Below the pieces are notes generated by a model. The model did not search any database. It worked only from the letters and a program-made list of their open reading frames with translations, and was not told where the DNA came from. DNA of 64,000 nt from Alkalispirochaeta sp. (GTDB lineage Bacteria > Spirochaetota > Spirochaetia > DSM-27196 > Alkalispirochaetaceae): contig OZ271854.1 of the NCBI GenBank assembly GCA_965601925.1, positions 2,464,001-2,528,000 of the forward strand, read 5' to 3'. Every line of letters starts with the position of its first letter. Within the stretch, counting starts at the first letter, position 1. Positions 1 to 10,283 of the stretch are shown piece by piece. The position numbers and the translations under genes are program-made.

Positions 1-351
1 GCCGTTCATCGTTTTCGCGCATTCCGCAAGTGCGACTGCCTCACCGACATCGCGCGCAACGGGCTTCTCCACCACCGCGTGCTTGCCCGCCTCAAGCGCC
101 CTCTTCGCCATCGGCGCATTCAGTGCGATCGGCGTCAGGATCACCACCGCCTCGACTCGGGGGTCGGCGATGAGCTCGTCCGCGTCGCTGTAGATGTTCG
201 CGTGCGGATACGCACTACGCCCGCGATGTTGATTGATCTCCGAGCGCGCCGCTACGGCGCGGACCGCAAAGGTTTCGTGCAAATCGGCGATGATATCGCG
301 ATGGGTGTGTTCCCAGATGAGCCCCGGTCCGATAATCCCGAGTGAAATCAT
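1..351 (-). CDS. Gfo/Idh/MocA-family oxidoreductase, N-terminal part (runs off window)
   Basis: Manual translation from ATG 351: MISLGIIGPGLIW...DELIADPRVEAVVILTP...ALEAGKHAVVEKP. Rossmann start and the 'AGKHVxxEKP' family motif. Not in the ORF track because it is open-ended. Confidence 0.85.
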   Translation of the reverse strand, partial: MISLGIIGPGLIWEHTHRDIIADLHETFAVRAVAARSEINQHRGRSAYPHANIYSDADELIADPRVEAVVILTPIALNAPMAKRALEAGKHAVVEKPVARDVGEAVALAECAKTMNG

Positions 352-471
352 AGCTCTTAGCATACATGGGAGCCGGTTCTATTGCCAACATGGAGAAACG
401 GCGCGATGTACCCGGCGGACGAAATGCGCGCAAAGCTTGCTGAACCGCACCTTACATTGTACCTTGGAAAT

Positions 472-2118
472 GTGACACAAAACGTAACGATTCGCACCAT
501 CGTCCTCTCCGCACTGGCTCGTTACGCCGACCGCGACGCGTACCGCGTGGTTAACGGTGGAACGTGGACATTTCGACAGATCGGAGCCGCCATCGCCGGT
601 ATTCAGCGCGTCTTCATCTCTTCCGGCATCGGTCGTGGGGAGAGGGTCGCGTTACTGAGCGAGAGCCAGCCGGCGTGGCCCGCGTCATACCTTGCGATCG
701 CCTCCTCCGGCTCCGTGGTCGTCCCGATCCTCCCTGAGTTTTCTTCTCAGGACGTGACAGAGATCATTCGTCATTCCGGCAGCCGCCTCCTTTTAATCTC
801 GCGGCGACAACTTCAGAAGTTCGGTGACGGCGAGATAACGACCGTTGCCGATGTACCCGTCATGATCGTCGAGGATCTTTTCAACGAGGCGGTACAAGAA
901 GCCGCCGAAGGCGCACCCGATTCCGCCTTCGAATCGCTCCCGGAAATCGGCGGTGACGACGAGGCGGCGATTATCTATACCTCCGGGACGACCGGACATT
1001 CCAAGGGTGTCGTTCTGAGCCACGGCAACATAACCTCCAACGTCGAGGGCGCCGATACGTTCGCCTACGTTCAACCCGGAGAGCGTCTCCTCTCGATTCT
1101 GCCCCTTGCGCACACCTATGAGTGCACCCTCGGTATGCTTCTGCCCTTCTCGCGCGGGGCGTGCGTATCGTACCTCGACCGGCCCGCCTCTCCGACGGTG
1201 CTCTCTCAAGCCTTAGAGGCGGTAAAACCGCATATCATGCTGGCGGTACCGCTATTGATCGAGAAGATCGTCCGAGGACGGGTCGTACCCCAACTCGACA
1301 AACCGCTCGTAAAGGTGTTGCGAAGTATTCCCGGCCTCGGGCGTCTTATCTACCGCGCGGCCGGTCGCAAGCTCGTAGCCGCATTCGGCGGTGCCTTGCG
1401 GTTCTTCGGGATCGGCGGCGCTCCGTTGGCGGCGGATGTGGAGACTATTCTGTATCGTTCCGGTTTTCCCTACGCGATCGGGTACGGTCTTACCGAAACC
1501 TCGCCGCTGATCGCCGGCACCCGGGCGGGCCGCAACTATCCGCGCAGCACCGGTACGCCGACTCCCGGCGTCTCGGTACGCATCCGAGACGGGGAGATCC
1601 AGGCCCGCGGCCCCAATATCATGAAAGGGTACTATCGCGATCCCGAACGCACCGCCGAGGTCATGACCGACGACGGGTGGTTTCGTACCGGCGATCTCGG
1701 CGAGATCGACGGGCGTGGACTCTTGTACGTCAAGGGACGCAGTAAGACCGTAATCCTCGGCAGTAACGGCGAGAACATCTATCCCGAGGCGATCGAGTCG
1801 ATTCTTAACCAGTTTCGGGGCGTCGTGGAATCGTTGGTGGTACAGAACGGTTCGCGCCTGGTCGCGCGCGTCAGGTTGGACTACGAGCTGGCGGAACGTC
1901 ACGCCAAGTCGCTGGCAACCTCAGCGGTAGAGGCGGTGGCAAGCGCCGGCTCGGCCGCGATCGACGCGGCGGGGCAGGCGAGCGCGTATCTGGAAGAGAT
2001 GCGCGTGAAGGTGAACACGAGACTGAGCGCCTTCAGTCGTCTGTCGGATATCATCGAGCAGATCGAACCGTTCGAGAAGACGCCGACGTTCAAAATCAAA
2101 CGATATCTCTACCAATAG
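472..2118 (+). CDS. Long-chain fatty-acid--CoA ligase (AMP-binding enzyme)
   Basis: IIYTSGTTGHSKG, GYGLTETSP, DGWFRTGDLG and GENIYPE motifs. ORF track starts at 382; GTG 472 preferred because it lies 6 nt after a TTGCTG-17-TACCTT promoter. Confidence 0.9.
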   Translation: MTQNVTIRTIVLSALARYADRDAYRVVNGGTWTFRQIGAAIAGIQRVFISSGIGRGERVALLSESQPAWPASYLAIASSGSVVVPILPEFSSQDVTEIIRHSGSRLLLISRRQLQKFGDGEITTVADVPVMIVEDLFNEAVQEAAEGAPDSAFESLPEIGGDDEAAIIYTSGTTGHSKGVVLSHGNITSNVEGADTFAYVQPGERLLSILPLAHTYECTLGMLLPFSRGACVSYLDRPASPTVLSQALEAVKPHIMLAVPLLIEKIVRGRVVPQLDKPLVKVLRSIPGLGRLIYRAAGRKLVAAFGGALRFFGIGGAPLAADVETILYRSGFPYAIGYGLTETSPLIAGTRAGRNYPRSTGTPTPGVSVRIRDGEIQARGPNIMKGYYRDPERTAEVMTDDGWFRTGDLGEIDGRGLLYVKGRSKTVILGSNGENIYPEAIESILNQFRGVVESLVVQNGSRLVARVRLDYELAERHAKSLATSAVEAVASAGSAAIDAAGQASAYLEEMRVKVNTRLSAFSRLSDIIEQIEPFEKTPTFKIKRYLYQ

Positions 2119-2140
2119 CTCGATATTGCGTCTCTGTACA

Positions 2141-2190
2141 TTGACCCCTTTTAGGTGTATAGATATGTTTTCGGCCAGCATATCTATGCA
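2141..2190 (+). promoter_or_regulatory. Putative sigma70 promoter (TTGACC-17-TATGTT) overlapped by an inverted repeat
   Basis: TTGACC 2141-2146, TATGTT 2164-2169; inverted repeat TGTATAGATATG 2156-2167 / CATATCTATGCA 2179-2190. Confidence 0.5.
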
Positions 2191-2213
2191 CCAGAATAAA
2201 AGGAGGATTGTGT

Positions 2214-3773
2214 ATGACAAAGCGAGTTATGGCTCTTACGGTGCTTATCGCCGTGAGCGCGGCTCTGGTGTTTGCCGGCGGCGGCCAGGAGGGCCCCGCG
2301 CGAGAAAATACCGACCAAATTATCGTGGCGATCGGTGCGGAACCGGGCTCCCTCGATCCGATCGCGATGGCGTCGGCTCCGGCGGCGACGATCGTCGAGC
2401 ACGTTGCCGAATCGCTCATCTATCTTGCTCCCAACGGCGATTTGGTTCCGCGTCTCGTGACGGAGTGGGAGGCGGCCGCCGACAATTTGAGCTGGACGCT
2501 CAGCCTGCGCGAGGGCGTCGTGTTTCATGACGGTACGCCCTTCGACGCCGAGGCGGTTAAGCTTAATCTCGACCGATTTCTCGATCCGGCGAGCGCCGCA
2601 CCCTTTGCTTTTCTGCTGAGTGAAGTGAGTTCGGTCGACGTCGTCGATCAGTACACGGTGCAGCTCAATCTCGAGCGACCCTTCGCCCCGATTATCAGCC
2701 ACTTGTCCCACAGCTTCATCGCGATGCTCTCGCCCACGCAACTCGCGGCGACTCCCGCCGGTGAGACGGTCATGGAACCAGTCGGTACCGGCCCCTACCG
2801 CCTCGCAGAATGGCGACGGGGTGAAGAGGTCGTCATGGAGAGAAACGAGGACTACTACGGCGACGCTCCGGCGATCGGAACTACGATATTCCGTTTCGTG
2901 CCGGAGGATGCGGCGCGCGTCGTGGCGCTGGAGACCGGTGAGGTCGATGTAATCATGAATCTTCCGCCCACCGATGCGTTGCGTCTCGCCGATAATCCCG
3001 ATATCAACGTCGAGTATCCCTCGAGTGTGCGCGTCCTCTACGTCGGCTTCAACGTCACGTCGGGTCCGTTCGCCGATCAGCGCGTACGACAAGCTCTCAA
3101 CTACGCGGTCAACAAAGAGGCGATCGTCAATAACGTGCTACAGGGATCGGGACAAGTCTCTACCGCGCCGATCGTGCCGGCGGTCTTCGGGCACGCCGTC
3201 GCCGGCCCGTACGAGTACGACCCGGCCCGCGCACGCGAGCTGTTGGCCGAGGCGGGATACGCCGACGGGTTCGAGGTGGAGTTTTATCATCCCACCGGTC
3301 GCTATCCCCTCGACGCGACGATCGCCGAGGCGGTACAGGGCATGCTCGCAGAAGTCGGTATTACCGCCAACCTGCAGACGCTCGAGTGGTCGAGCTACCT
3401 GGCCACGATGCGTGTAGCGCCGGAGGACGCCCTGCAGGATATGCACATGTTCGGGTGGGGAACCGTTACGTTGGACGCCGACTACGGACTCTACGCGCTC
3501 TTTCACGGCGCCGAGGCGGCTCCCGCCGGTTGGAACACGACCTACTACGGCGACGAGACGGTGGACGCACTCCTGTCCGAAGCTCGCACGATTCCGGACC
3601 GCGACGAGCGTTCGGCGATTTACGACGAGGCGATCGGCATTATCTGGGAGGACGCTCCGTGGCTCTTCCTCCACGACGTCGGACAAATCAACGGATATCG
3701 GTCCGATATCAGTGGGCTTATTCACCATCCTTTGGAAAACGTCTTCGTCTGGGACGCTTCGTTTGTCCAATAG
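2214..3773 (+). CDS. Peptide/glutathione ABC transporter substrate-binding protein (family 5)
   Basis: AGGAGG RBS; signal peptide then AGGGQEG; LREGVVFHDGTPFDAEAV, PVGTGPY and VRQALNYAVN motifs. Confidence 0.92.
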   Translation: MTKRVMALTVLIAVSAALVFAGGGQEGPARENTDQIIVAIGAEPGSLDPIAMASAPAATIVEHVAESLIYLAPNGDLVPRLVTEWEAAADNLSWTLSLREGVVFHDGTPFDAEAVKLNLDRFLDPASAAPFAFLLSEVSSVDVVDQYTVQLNLERPFAPIISHLSHSFIAMLSPTQLAATPAGETVMEPVGTGPYRLAEWRRGEEVVMERNEDYYGDAPAIGTTIFRFVPEDAARVVALETGEVDVIMNLPPTDALRLADNPDINVEYPSSVRVLYVGFNVTSGPFADQRVRQALNYAVNKEAIVNNVLQGSGQVSTAPIVPAVFGHAVAGPYEYDPARARELLAEAGYADGFEVEFYHPTGRYPLDATIAEAVQGMLAEVGITANLQTLEWSSYLATMRVAPEDALQDMHMFGWGTVTLDADYGLYALFHGAEAAPAGWNTTYYGDETVDALLSEARTIPDRDERSAIYDEAIGIIWEDAPWLFLHDVGQINGYRSDISGLIHHPLENVFVWDASFVQ

Positions 3774-3823
3774 CATCCGGCCCTGAATAGTCTTCGCGTC
3801 TCGGACGCGATTCGTTTTATCAC

Positions 3824-3863
3824 ACCGCGGCGTTCCCGATAGGGAGCGCCCGGTTACTTTTTT
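3824..3863 (+). terminator. Hairpin plus U-tract between the SBP and permease genes
   Basis: GGCGTTCCC-GATA-GGGAGCGCC stem followed by TACTTTTTT; a second hairpin TCGCGTC-TCG-GACGCGA lies at 3794-3810. Confidence 0.5.
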
Positions 3864-3875
3864 CAGGAGGGTGCG

Positions 3876-4808
3876 TTGTACCACTATATTGTACGCCGGT
3901 TGTTGTTAACCGTTCCGGTTATGGTCGGCGTCTCCCTATTGGTTTTTTTGATCGTGCGGCTCATTCCCGGCGATCCCGCCACCGCGCTCGCGGGGCCGCA
4001 GGCGACGCCGGAGTTCATCGCGCAGATCGAGGCCCAGTACCACCTCGACAAACCGATACATGTCCAGTACGGGATCTTCTTGCAAGGTATTCTACGTGGT
4101 GATTTGGGTCGTTCGACCTTTAGCCGGCGGCCCGTCGTAACCGAGATTCGTGAACGATTTCCGCGCACCGTGGAGTTGACGCTTGCCGCGATGTTCATCG
4201 CAACTTTGGTCGGTATCCCCGCGGGCATTCTCTCCGCGACGCGGCGTAATTCCTGGTTCGACCATATCGGCATGATCGTGGCCCTCTTCGGAGTGGCGGC
4301 GCCGGTCTTTTGGCTCGCTTTGATGCTGCAGCTTCTTTTTTCCGTTGAGTTAGGTTGGCTTCCCGCCACGGGTCGAGGAAGCTTCATGCATATCATTCTC
4401 CCGGCAGTTACCTTGGGTCTTTCGTCGGCCGGACTCCTTGCGCGGATTACCCGCTCCAGTATGCTTGAGGTACTTCGTATGGAGTACGTGACCACGGCGC
4501 GAGCCAAGGGGCTCGGCGAGCGCGTCGTCGTCTCCCGTCACGCCCTGAAGAACGCGATGATCCCGGTGGTGACCGTGATCGGTCTTCAGTTCGGCATCCT
4601 CCTCGGCGGGGCGGTGTTGACCGAAAGCGTCTTTGCCTGGCCCGGAGTGGGACGCCTGCTTGTCGATTCGATTTTGTCGCGAGACTACCCGGTAGTCCAA
4701 GGGACCGTTCTGCTTTTGTCGCTGACCTTTGTAATGATCAACCTTTTGGTCGACCTTTTTTATGCGGTCCTCGACCCGCGCATCAGTTATCAAGGAGAGT
4801 CCGAATGA
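3876..4808 (+). CDS. Peptide ABC transporter permease (DppB/OppB type)
   Basis: GDLGRS; EAA loop 'EYVTTARAKGL'; C-terminal LDPRI; AGGAGG RBS before TTG. Confidence 0.92.
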   Translation: MYHYIVRRLLLTVPVMVGVSLLVFLIVRLIPGDPATALAGPQATPEFIAQIEAQYHLDKPIHVQYGIFLQGILRGDLGRSTFSRRPVVTEIRERFPRTVELTLAAMFIATLVGIPAGILSATRRNSWFDHIGMIVALFGVAAPVFWLALMLQLLFSVELGWLPATGRGSFMHIILPAVTLGLSSAGLLARITRSSMLEVLRMEYVTTARAKGLGERVVVSRHALKNAMIPVVTVIGLQFGILLGGAVLTESVFAWPGVGRLLVDSILSRDYPVVQGTVLLLSLTFVMINLLVDLFYAVLDPRISYQGESE

Positions 4809-5704
4809 GCACGCAGCCGATATACGAACACGAACCGGAGACCGTCGAGGTCGAGGAGCGTTCATCGGAGCTACGGGCCGTCGCTCGCCACCTGTTGCGT
4901 AATCGCTCCGCGGTGTTGGGCCTCATTATCATCGGCGGATTCATCATCGCCGCGGCCGCGGCACCGCTGTTGACCAGATGGGATCCGACGACCGTCGATT
5001 TCGATCGCTACCTTCTCTCGCCGTCTGCCGAGCATCCGCTGGGGACCGACGAGCTGGGGCGCGATTTGCTTGCCCGTCTCCTCTACGGCGCCCGGATCTC
5101 TCTCGGTATCGGGTTGATATCGGTCGGGATCGGCCTCCTATTCGGCGTACCGATCGGCGCGTTCTCCGGGTACTACGGCGGCAAGCTCGATCTTACCGTC
5201 CAACGCCTCATCGATATCATGATCGCCTTCCCGGGAATTCTCCTCGCGATCGTCGTCGTTGCAGTTCTCGGTGTGGGAGTTCAGAACGTCATGATCGCTA
5301 CCGGTATCGCCTCGATTCCCGTCTATGCCCGTTTGGTTCGAGGGAGTTTTCTCTCTCTCAAGCGTAACGCGTTCGTAACTGCGGCAAAGGCGGCGGGAAT
5401 CGGAGATATGCGTATCATCTTCGGTCATATTCTACCCAACTGTTTGGGACCCATTATCGTCCAATCGACCTTTCAGATTGCGACGTCGATTCTCTGGGCG
5501 GCCGGGTTGGGATTTCTCGGTTTGGGAGCGCAACCGCCCATGCCGGAGTGGGGCGCCATTCTCAGTCGCGGTCGTTCCTACATGCGCGCCGCCCATCACC
5601 TCACTACCTTTCCCGGCGTGGCGATCTTTCTCATGGTTCTGGGATTCAACTTGGTTGGTGACGGGTTGCGCGACGCGATCGATCCTAAGTCTCGGGCCCA
5701 ATAA
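4805..5704 (+). CDS. Peptide ABC transporter permease (DppC/OppC type)
   Basis: [17 protein letters not shown] and [13 protein letters not shown] motifs; ATGA overlap. Confidence 0.92.
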   Translation: MSTQPIYEHEPETVEVEERSSELRAVARHLLRNRSAVLGLIIIGGFIIAAAAAPLLTRWDPTTVDFDRYLLSPSAEHPLGTDELGRDLLARLLYGARISLGIGLISVGIGLLFGVPIGAFSGYYGGKLDLTVQRLIDIMIAFPGILLAIVVVAVLGVGVQNVMIATGIASIPVYARLVRGSFLSLKRNAFVTAAKAAGIGDMRIIFGHILPNCLGPIIVQSTFQIATSILWAAGLGFLGLGAQPPMPEWGAILSRGRSYMRAAHHLTTFPGVAIFLMVLGFNLVGDGLRDAIDPKSRAQ

Positions 5705-5725
5705 CAGTGCAGTACGAGGATACAC

Positions 5726-6856
5726 GTGAACAACATACGTAACAGTGCGACCGAGTCGCCGCATCCGAGTGTCGGCGAGGTCGATGGAGACCCATCGGAC
5801 GACGGCGTGCTCCTACGCATTCGCAACCTACACACTGTCTTTGACACTCCGTCGGGGACCATTTCGGCGGTCGACGGCGCGAGCCTGGACCTGCGCGCCG
5901 GGGAGATCCTCGGGATTGTCGGAGAGTCCGGGTGCGGTAAGACGCAGCTTTCGTTGAGCGTCATGCGCCTGGTACCCTCTCCCCCGGGCAGAATCGCCGG
6001 CGGCGAGATCGTCTTCGGCGGTCGCGATCTGTTGAAGCTCACCGAGCGTGAGATGCGCGATGTCCGAGGGAATGAGATTGCCATGATCTTCCAGGAGCCG
6101 ATGACTTCGCTCAATCCGGTGTACACGATCGGCTATCAACTTATGGAGACGATTCAGTTGCACCAAAAATCGGATCGTAAAGAGGCGCGGGCGAAAGCGA
6201 TCGAGATGCTCCGCCTCGTCGGTATTCCGCGCGCCGAGGAGGTCATCGACGAGTATCCGCACCGCTTCTCCGGCGGGATGCGGCAACGGGCGATGATCGC
6301 CATGGCCTTGAGTTGTCGCCCACGGCTCCTCATCGCAGACGAGCCCACCACCGCCCTCGACGTGACGATCCAAGCGCAGATCCTCGAGTTGATGAAGGAG
6401 CTAAAGGATCAGATCCGTACGGCGATCATGTTCATCACCCACGATCTGGGAGTCATCGCCGAGATGGCGCAGCACGTTGTGGTTATGTATGCCGGGGAGG
6501 TCGTCGAGAAGGCCGACGTCGAGACGCTCTTCAGAAATCCGGCCCATCCGTACACGCGTGGGCTCATCGAGTCGCGACCGACGATCGAGGACGATCACGA
6601 GCGGTTGGGATACATCAAAGGGTCGGTACCGAATCCCGCGCATAAACCGGCCGGCTGTCCTTTTCATCCACGGTGTCCCGACGCGATGGACGTGTGCCGC
6701 TCGGCGATGCCCCCGGTACGCGATTTGCACGATACGGTCGACGATGCCGAGGAGCATCACGTGCGATGTTGGTTGCACGAGCGCGCAGAAGATCGGGAGG
6801 CGGCGCTTTCGGCGGCGCGCGCAACCGCGAACGCGGGAAGCGAGGTGCGGTCGTGA
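5726..6856 (+). CDS. Peptide ABC transporter ATP-binding protein (DppD/OppD type)
   Basis: [26 protein letters not shown]-terminal GCPFHPRC. Confidence 0.93.
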   Translation: MNNIRNSATESPHPSVGEVDGDPSDDGVLLRIRNLHTVFDTPSGTISAVDGASLDLRAGEILGIVGESGCGKTQLSLSVMRLVPSPPGRIAGGEIVFGGRDLLKLTEREMRDVRGNEIAMIFQEPMTSLNPVYTIGYQLMETIQLHQKSDRKEARAKAIEMLRLVGIPRAEEVIDEYPHRFSGGMRQRAMIAMALSCRPRLLIADEPTTALDVTIQAQILELMKELKDQIRTAIMFITHDLGVIAEMAQHVVVMYAGEVVEKADVETLFRNPAHPYTRGLIESRPTIEDDHERLGYIKGSVPNPAHKPAGCPFHPRCPDAMDVCRSAMPPVRDLHDTVDDAEEHHVRCWLHERAEDREAALSAARATANAGSEVRS

Positions 6857-7905
6857 GCACCGGCGCAAAGCATCTTCTCTCGGTCCGCGGGCTTACGAAG
6901 CACTTCCCGATTCGCGGTGGTGTCTTCAGTCGCGTTCATGGACACGTGCGCGCGGTAGACGGGATCGATTTCGACATCGCCGAGGGCGAGACGTACGCGC
7001 TGGTCGGCGAGTCGGGATGCGGCAAGTCGACCACCGGTCAGACGTTGTTGCGCCTCATCGAGCCCACCGCCGGCACGGCGCATTTCGACGGCCGCGATAT
7101 TTTCGAGCTTACCCCGCAGGAGCTGCGGGCGCTTCGAAGACAGATGCAGATCGTGTTCCAGGATCCCTACAGTGCACTTAATCCGCGTAAGACCGTCGAG
7201 GCCGCCATCGCCGAGACGTTGTCGATCCACGGTATTGCGCACGGTCGCGATGCGCGGGAGAAGGCGCGCGATGTTTTGGAGCGTTGCGGACTGGCGCGCT
7301 ATCACGGGGCGCGCTACCCCCATGAGTTTTCCGGCGGACAGCGGCAACGAGTCGTCATCGCCCGAGCCTTGGCGTTGGATCCGCGGTTCGTCGTCGCCGA
7401 CGAGCCGGTTTCGGCCCTCGACGTCTCGATCCAGTCGCAGATCGTCAATTTGATGAAGGATCTGCAACGAGATTTCTCGCTCACGTATCTATTCATTTCC
7501 CACGATCTGGCGGTGGTAAAGCACACCGCGGATCGCATCGGCGTTATGTATCTGGGCAACCTCGTCGAGGAGGCGCCGCGGGACGAGTTCTTTCGGAATC
7601 CGCAGCATCCGTACACCCAGGCGTTGATTTCCGCGATTCCGCCTTCAAATCCATGGACCAAGCGGAAGCGGATCGTGCTCAAAGGGGACGTCCCCTCTCC
7701 GGCCAACCCGCCGACCGGTTGTCCTTTTCACACGCGGTGTCCCTACGTGATGGATGTGTGCCGCACCGTTAAGCCGGAACTCCGACGGAGCGCCGGCGGC
7801 CATCGCGTGGCGTGCCATCTCGTCCATCCCCACGACACCGCACGATCACCTGCGCCCGGCGGTGGAGCCGCCTCAGGCAATACCGTTCCCGCCGTCGACG
7901 GATAA
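6853..7905 (+). CDS. Peptide ABC transporter ATP-binding protein (DppF/OppF type)
   Basis: GESGCGKST, FSGGQRQR, ADEPVSALD; GTG 6853 overlaps the upstream TGA (ORF track starts 6673). Confidence 0.93.
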   Translation: MSTGAKHLLSVRGLTKHFPIRGGVFSRVHGHVRAVDGIDFDIAEGETYALVGESGCGKSTTGQTLLRLIEPTAGTAHFDGRDIFELTPQELRALRRQMQIVFQDPYSALNPRKTVEAAIAETLSIHGIAHGRDAREKARDVLERCGLARYHGARYPHEFSGGQRQRVVIARALALDPRFVVADEPVSALDVSIQSQIVNLMKDLQRDFSLTYLFISHDLAVVKHTADRIGVMYLGNLVEEAPRDEFFRNPQHPYTQALISAIPPSNPWTKRKRIVLKGDVPSPANPPTGCPFHTRCPYVMDVCRTVKPELRRSAGGHRVACHLVHPHDTARSPAPGGGAASGNTVPAVDG

Positions 7906-8073
7906 CGACGGCGGGCGCCGGTAATCGGCGCCGATATACATCGTCATTCGCGCGGTCCGAGTAGTCCGGCCGAGCGACTCCGACGCCTCACGGGATTCTC
8001 AAAAAAAGAAACGAACCCGCTTCTTGCCGTCTCATCCATCAGTTGATACATTTTGAGTTCAAAGGAGTTTGAC

Positions 8074-9051
8074 ATGTCTATGCAAAGAAATCATCGTGGG
8101 TGGACGGTTGCAATCTTCGCCTTCTTGCTTATATCGATGCTCGTTCCGGGTATCGTGGTAGCCTCCGGAGCGGGCGAGGATGAGTCGGTTGAGGCGGCGG
8201 ATCCCAAAGGACCTATTTCGGTCGCCAGCAAGATCGACACCGAAGGAAGCCTTCTCGGGTACATGATCCTGCATATATTGGAGGATGACGGGTTTGACGT
8301 GGATAACCAAGTCGAGTTCGGGCCGACCGACGTCATACGACGAGCGATTACGTCCGACGAGATCGACATCTATCCCGAGTACACCGGCAACGGTGCGTTT
8401 TTCTTCGACGAGGCGGGAACCGATGTATGGAACGACGGGGACGCCGGCTACGAGCGGGTGCGACAACTCGATATGGAACGAAACAATCTGGTCTGGTTGA
8501 CTCCGGCGGATGCCAACAACACGTGGGCGATCGCCGTGCGCAGCGAGTTGGTCGATGCCGGCGTGACCACTATGGACGATATCGGTCCGTTTCTCGCGGC
8601 CGGCAATCAGTTCAAGCTTGCGGCGAGTGAGGAGTTCGTGAGTCGACCCGATGTGCTCCCGGCCTTCGAGGCGACGTATGAGTTTCAACTCGAGCAGGAC
8701 AATCTCTTGGTATTCTCCGGCGGTAACACCGCAACGACCATGCAGGCCGCCGCGCGCGGTCAAGAAGGGGTAAACGCGGCTATGGCGTACGGAACCGACG
8801 GACAACTCGCCACGCTCGGTCTTCAAGTTCTGGAGGATACGCAAGGCGTTCAGCCGGTGTACCGCCCCGCTCCGATCGTACGCGCCGAGGTGCTGGAGCA
8901 GTACCCCGAAATCGAGCCGCTCTTGCGCCCCGTATTCGAGAGTCTCGACAGGGAGACGTTGCAGATGCTCAACGCGTCGATAGCCGTCGAGGGACGGAGC
9001 GCCGAAGTCGTCGCCGAGGAGTACCTTCGAGAGAGCGGCCTTCTCGACTGA
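8074..9051 (+). CDS. Osmoprotectant (glycine betaine/proline) ABC transporter substrate-binding protein, OsmF/YehZ type
   Basis: VASKIDTEG, DIYPEYTGNG, ANNTWAIAVR and AMAYGTDG motifs; AAGGAG RBS. Confidence 0.9.
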   Translation: MSMQRNHRGWTVAIFAFLLISMLVPGIVVASGAGEDESVEAADPKGPISVASKIDTEGSLLGYMILHILEDDGFDVDNQVEFGPTDVIRRAITSDEIDIYPEYTGNGAFFFDEAGTDVWNDGDAGYERVRQLDMERNNLVWLTPADANNTWAIAVRSELVDAGVTTMDDIGPFLAAGNQFKLAASEEFVSRPDVLPAFEATYEFQLEQDNLLVFSGGNTATTMQAAARGQEGVNAAMAYGTDGQLATLGLQVLEDTQGVQPVYRPAPIVRAEVLEQYPEIEPLLRPVFESLDRETLQMLNASIAVEGRSAEVVAEEYLRESGLLD

Positions 9052-9056
9052 CACCA

Positions 9057-10274
9057 ATGGCACACATGAAAGTCGGCCCCGAAGGGCCGACGAGCATGCT
9101 CCCTGTCGTCGTGTCCGTTCTTCCGGCGACAGGGCTTTTTGTACTCGAGCTCATCGTTCTCAGGCCCAACCGAGTCACCGACGGCGTAGGATACACGATA
9201 GGCGCCCTCGGGCTTCCGTTGTGGCCGTCTCTCGTTCTTCTCGCAGCATTTACCGCGCTGGTTCTCGCATTTTTCGTATATAGGAAGTTCGTGCTTCCGG
9301 CGCTGCTCCTGTGGGCGATTGCGGTAACGGTCGTTCCGTGGGCCTTGGCAAGCTTCGCCTCGCTGGCCTTTTCCCTCGACGGACGACTCGACGAGCTCGC
9401 GCGCATCAATCCCGGGAGCGGCATCTGGCTCGTGATGATATCCGCCCTCGCGGCGTGGCACGAGCTGTTCAAGGGAGCGCGCTCCCGCCGGTGGCGTGCG
9501 ACCTCGGCGGTCGCGCTCGCCGTCTCGATCGGTGTCGTCATCGCGTTGATAGTCGAGTCGCCGTTGAACCGCCTTTCGTACCTGGTGGAGTACGGCGTAC
9601 GCGTGGAGCGATTTCATCAGGAACTCGCTCGGCACGTGCGGTTAAGCGGCAGCGCGGTTCTCCTTGCGACGATCATCGGGATACCGGCCGGTATGTCGGC
9701 GTACCGTAATCGCCGTTTTCGGTCACTCATCCTGGACGTGACCAGTACTATTCAGACGATTCCGAGTCTCGCTATGTTCGGATTGCTCATCGCGCCGCTC
9801 GCAGCGTTGAGCAGGGCGGTTCCGGCGTTGCGATCGATAGGTATCTCCGGAGTCGGCGCAACGCCCGCGCTCATAGCCCTGACGCTCTATGCACTGTTGC
9901 CCATCGTCCGCAACACGCTCATCGGCCTGTCCATCGTACCGCGCGGCGTACGCGAGAGCGGCGAGGCGATGGGGATGAGTCGCCCCCAACGGTTCTGGAT
10001 GGTCGAGGTCCCGCTGGCACTACCGATTGTGCTTCGGGGCGTACGAACCGCCGCCGTACAGGCGATCGGCAATACTACCGTTGCCGCGCTTATCGGCGCC
10101 GGTGGGCTCGGGTGGTTTATATTTCAAGGGTTGGGCCAAGCGGCTACCGATTTAGTGGTTCTCGGAGTGATTCCCATCGTGCTCCTCGCCGTTGTGGTAG
10201 ATCGTCTTTTTACGCTACTGCAACGCCTTACCCATAGAGGCGAAACGAACGGGTCGGCGCCGGGCGCCGCGTGA
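9057..10274 (+). CDS. Osmoprotectant ABC transporter permease (YehY type)
   Basis: QTIPSLAMFG, YALLPIVRNT, AALIGAGGLG; multiple TM segments. Confidence 0.88.
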   Translation: MAHMKVGPEGPTSMLPVVVSVLPATGLFVLELIVLRPNRVTDGVGYTIGALGLPLWPSLVLLAAFTALVLAFFVYRKFVLPALLLWAIAVTVVPWALASFASLAFSLDGRLDELARINPGSGIWLVMISALAAWHELFKGARSRRWRATSAVALAVSIGVVIALIVESPLNRLSYLVEYGVRVERFHQELARHVRLSGSAVLLATIIGIPAGMSAYRNRRFRSLILDVTSTIQTIPSLAMFGLLIAPLAALSRAVPALRSIGISGVGATPALIALTLYALLPIVRNTLIGLSIVPRGVRESGEAMGMSRPQRFWMVEVPLALPIVLRGVRTAAVQAIGNTTVAALIGAGGLGWFIFQGLGQAATDLVVLGVIPIVLLAVVVDRLFTLLQRLTHRGETNGSAPGAA

Positions 10275-10283
10275 GGAGGCCAT

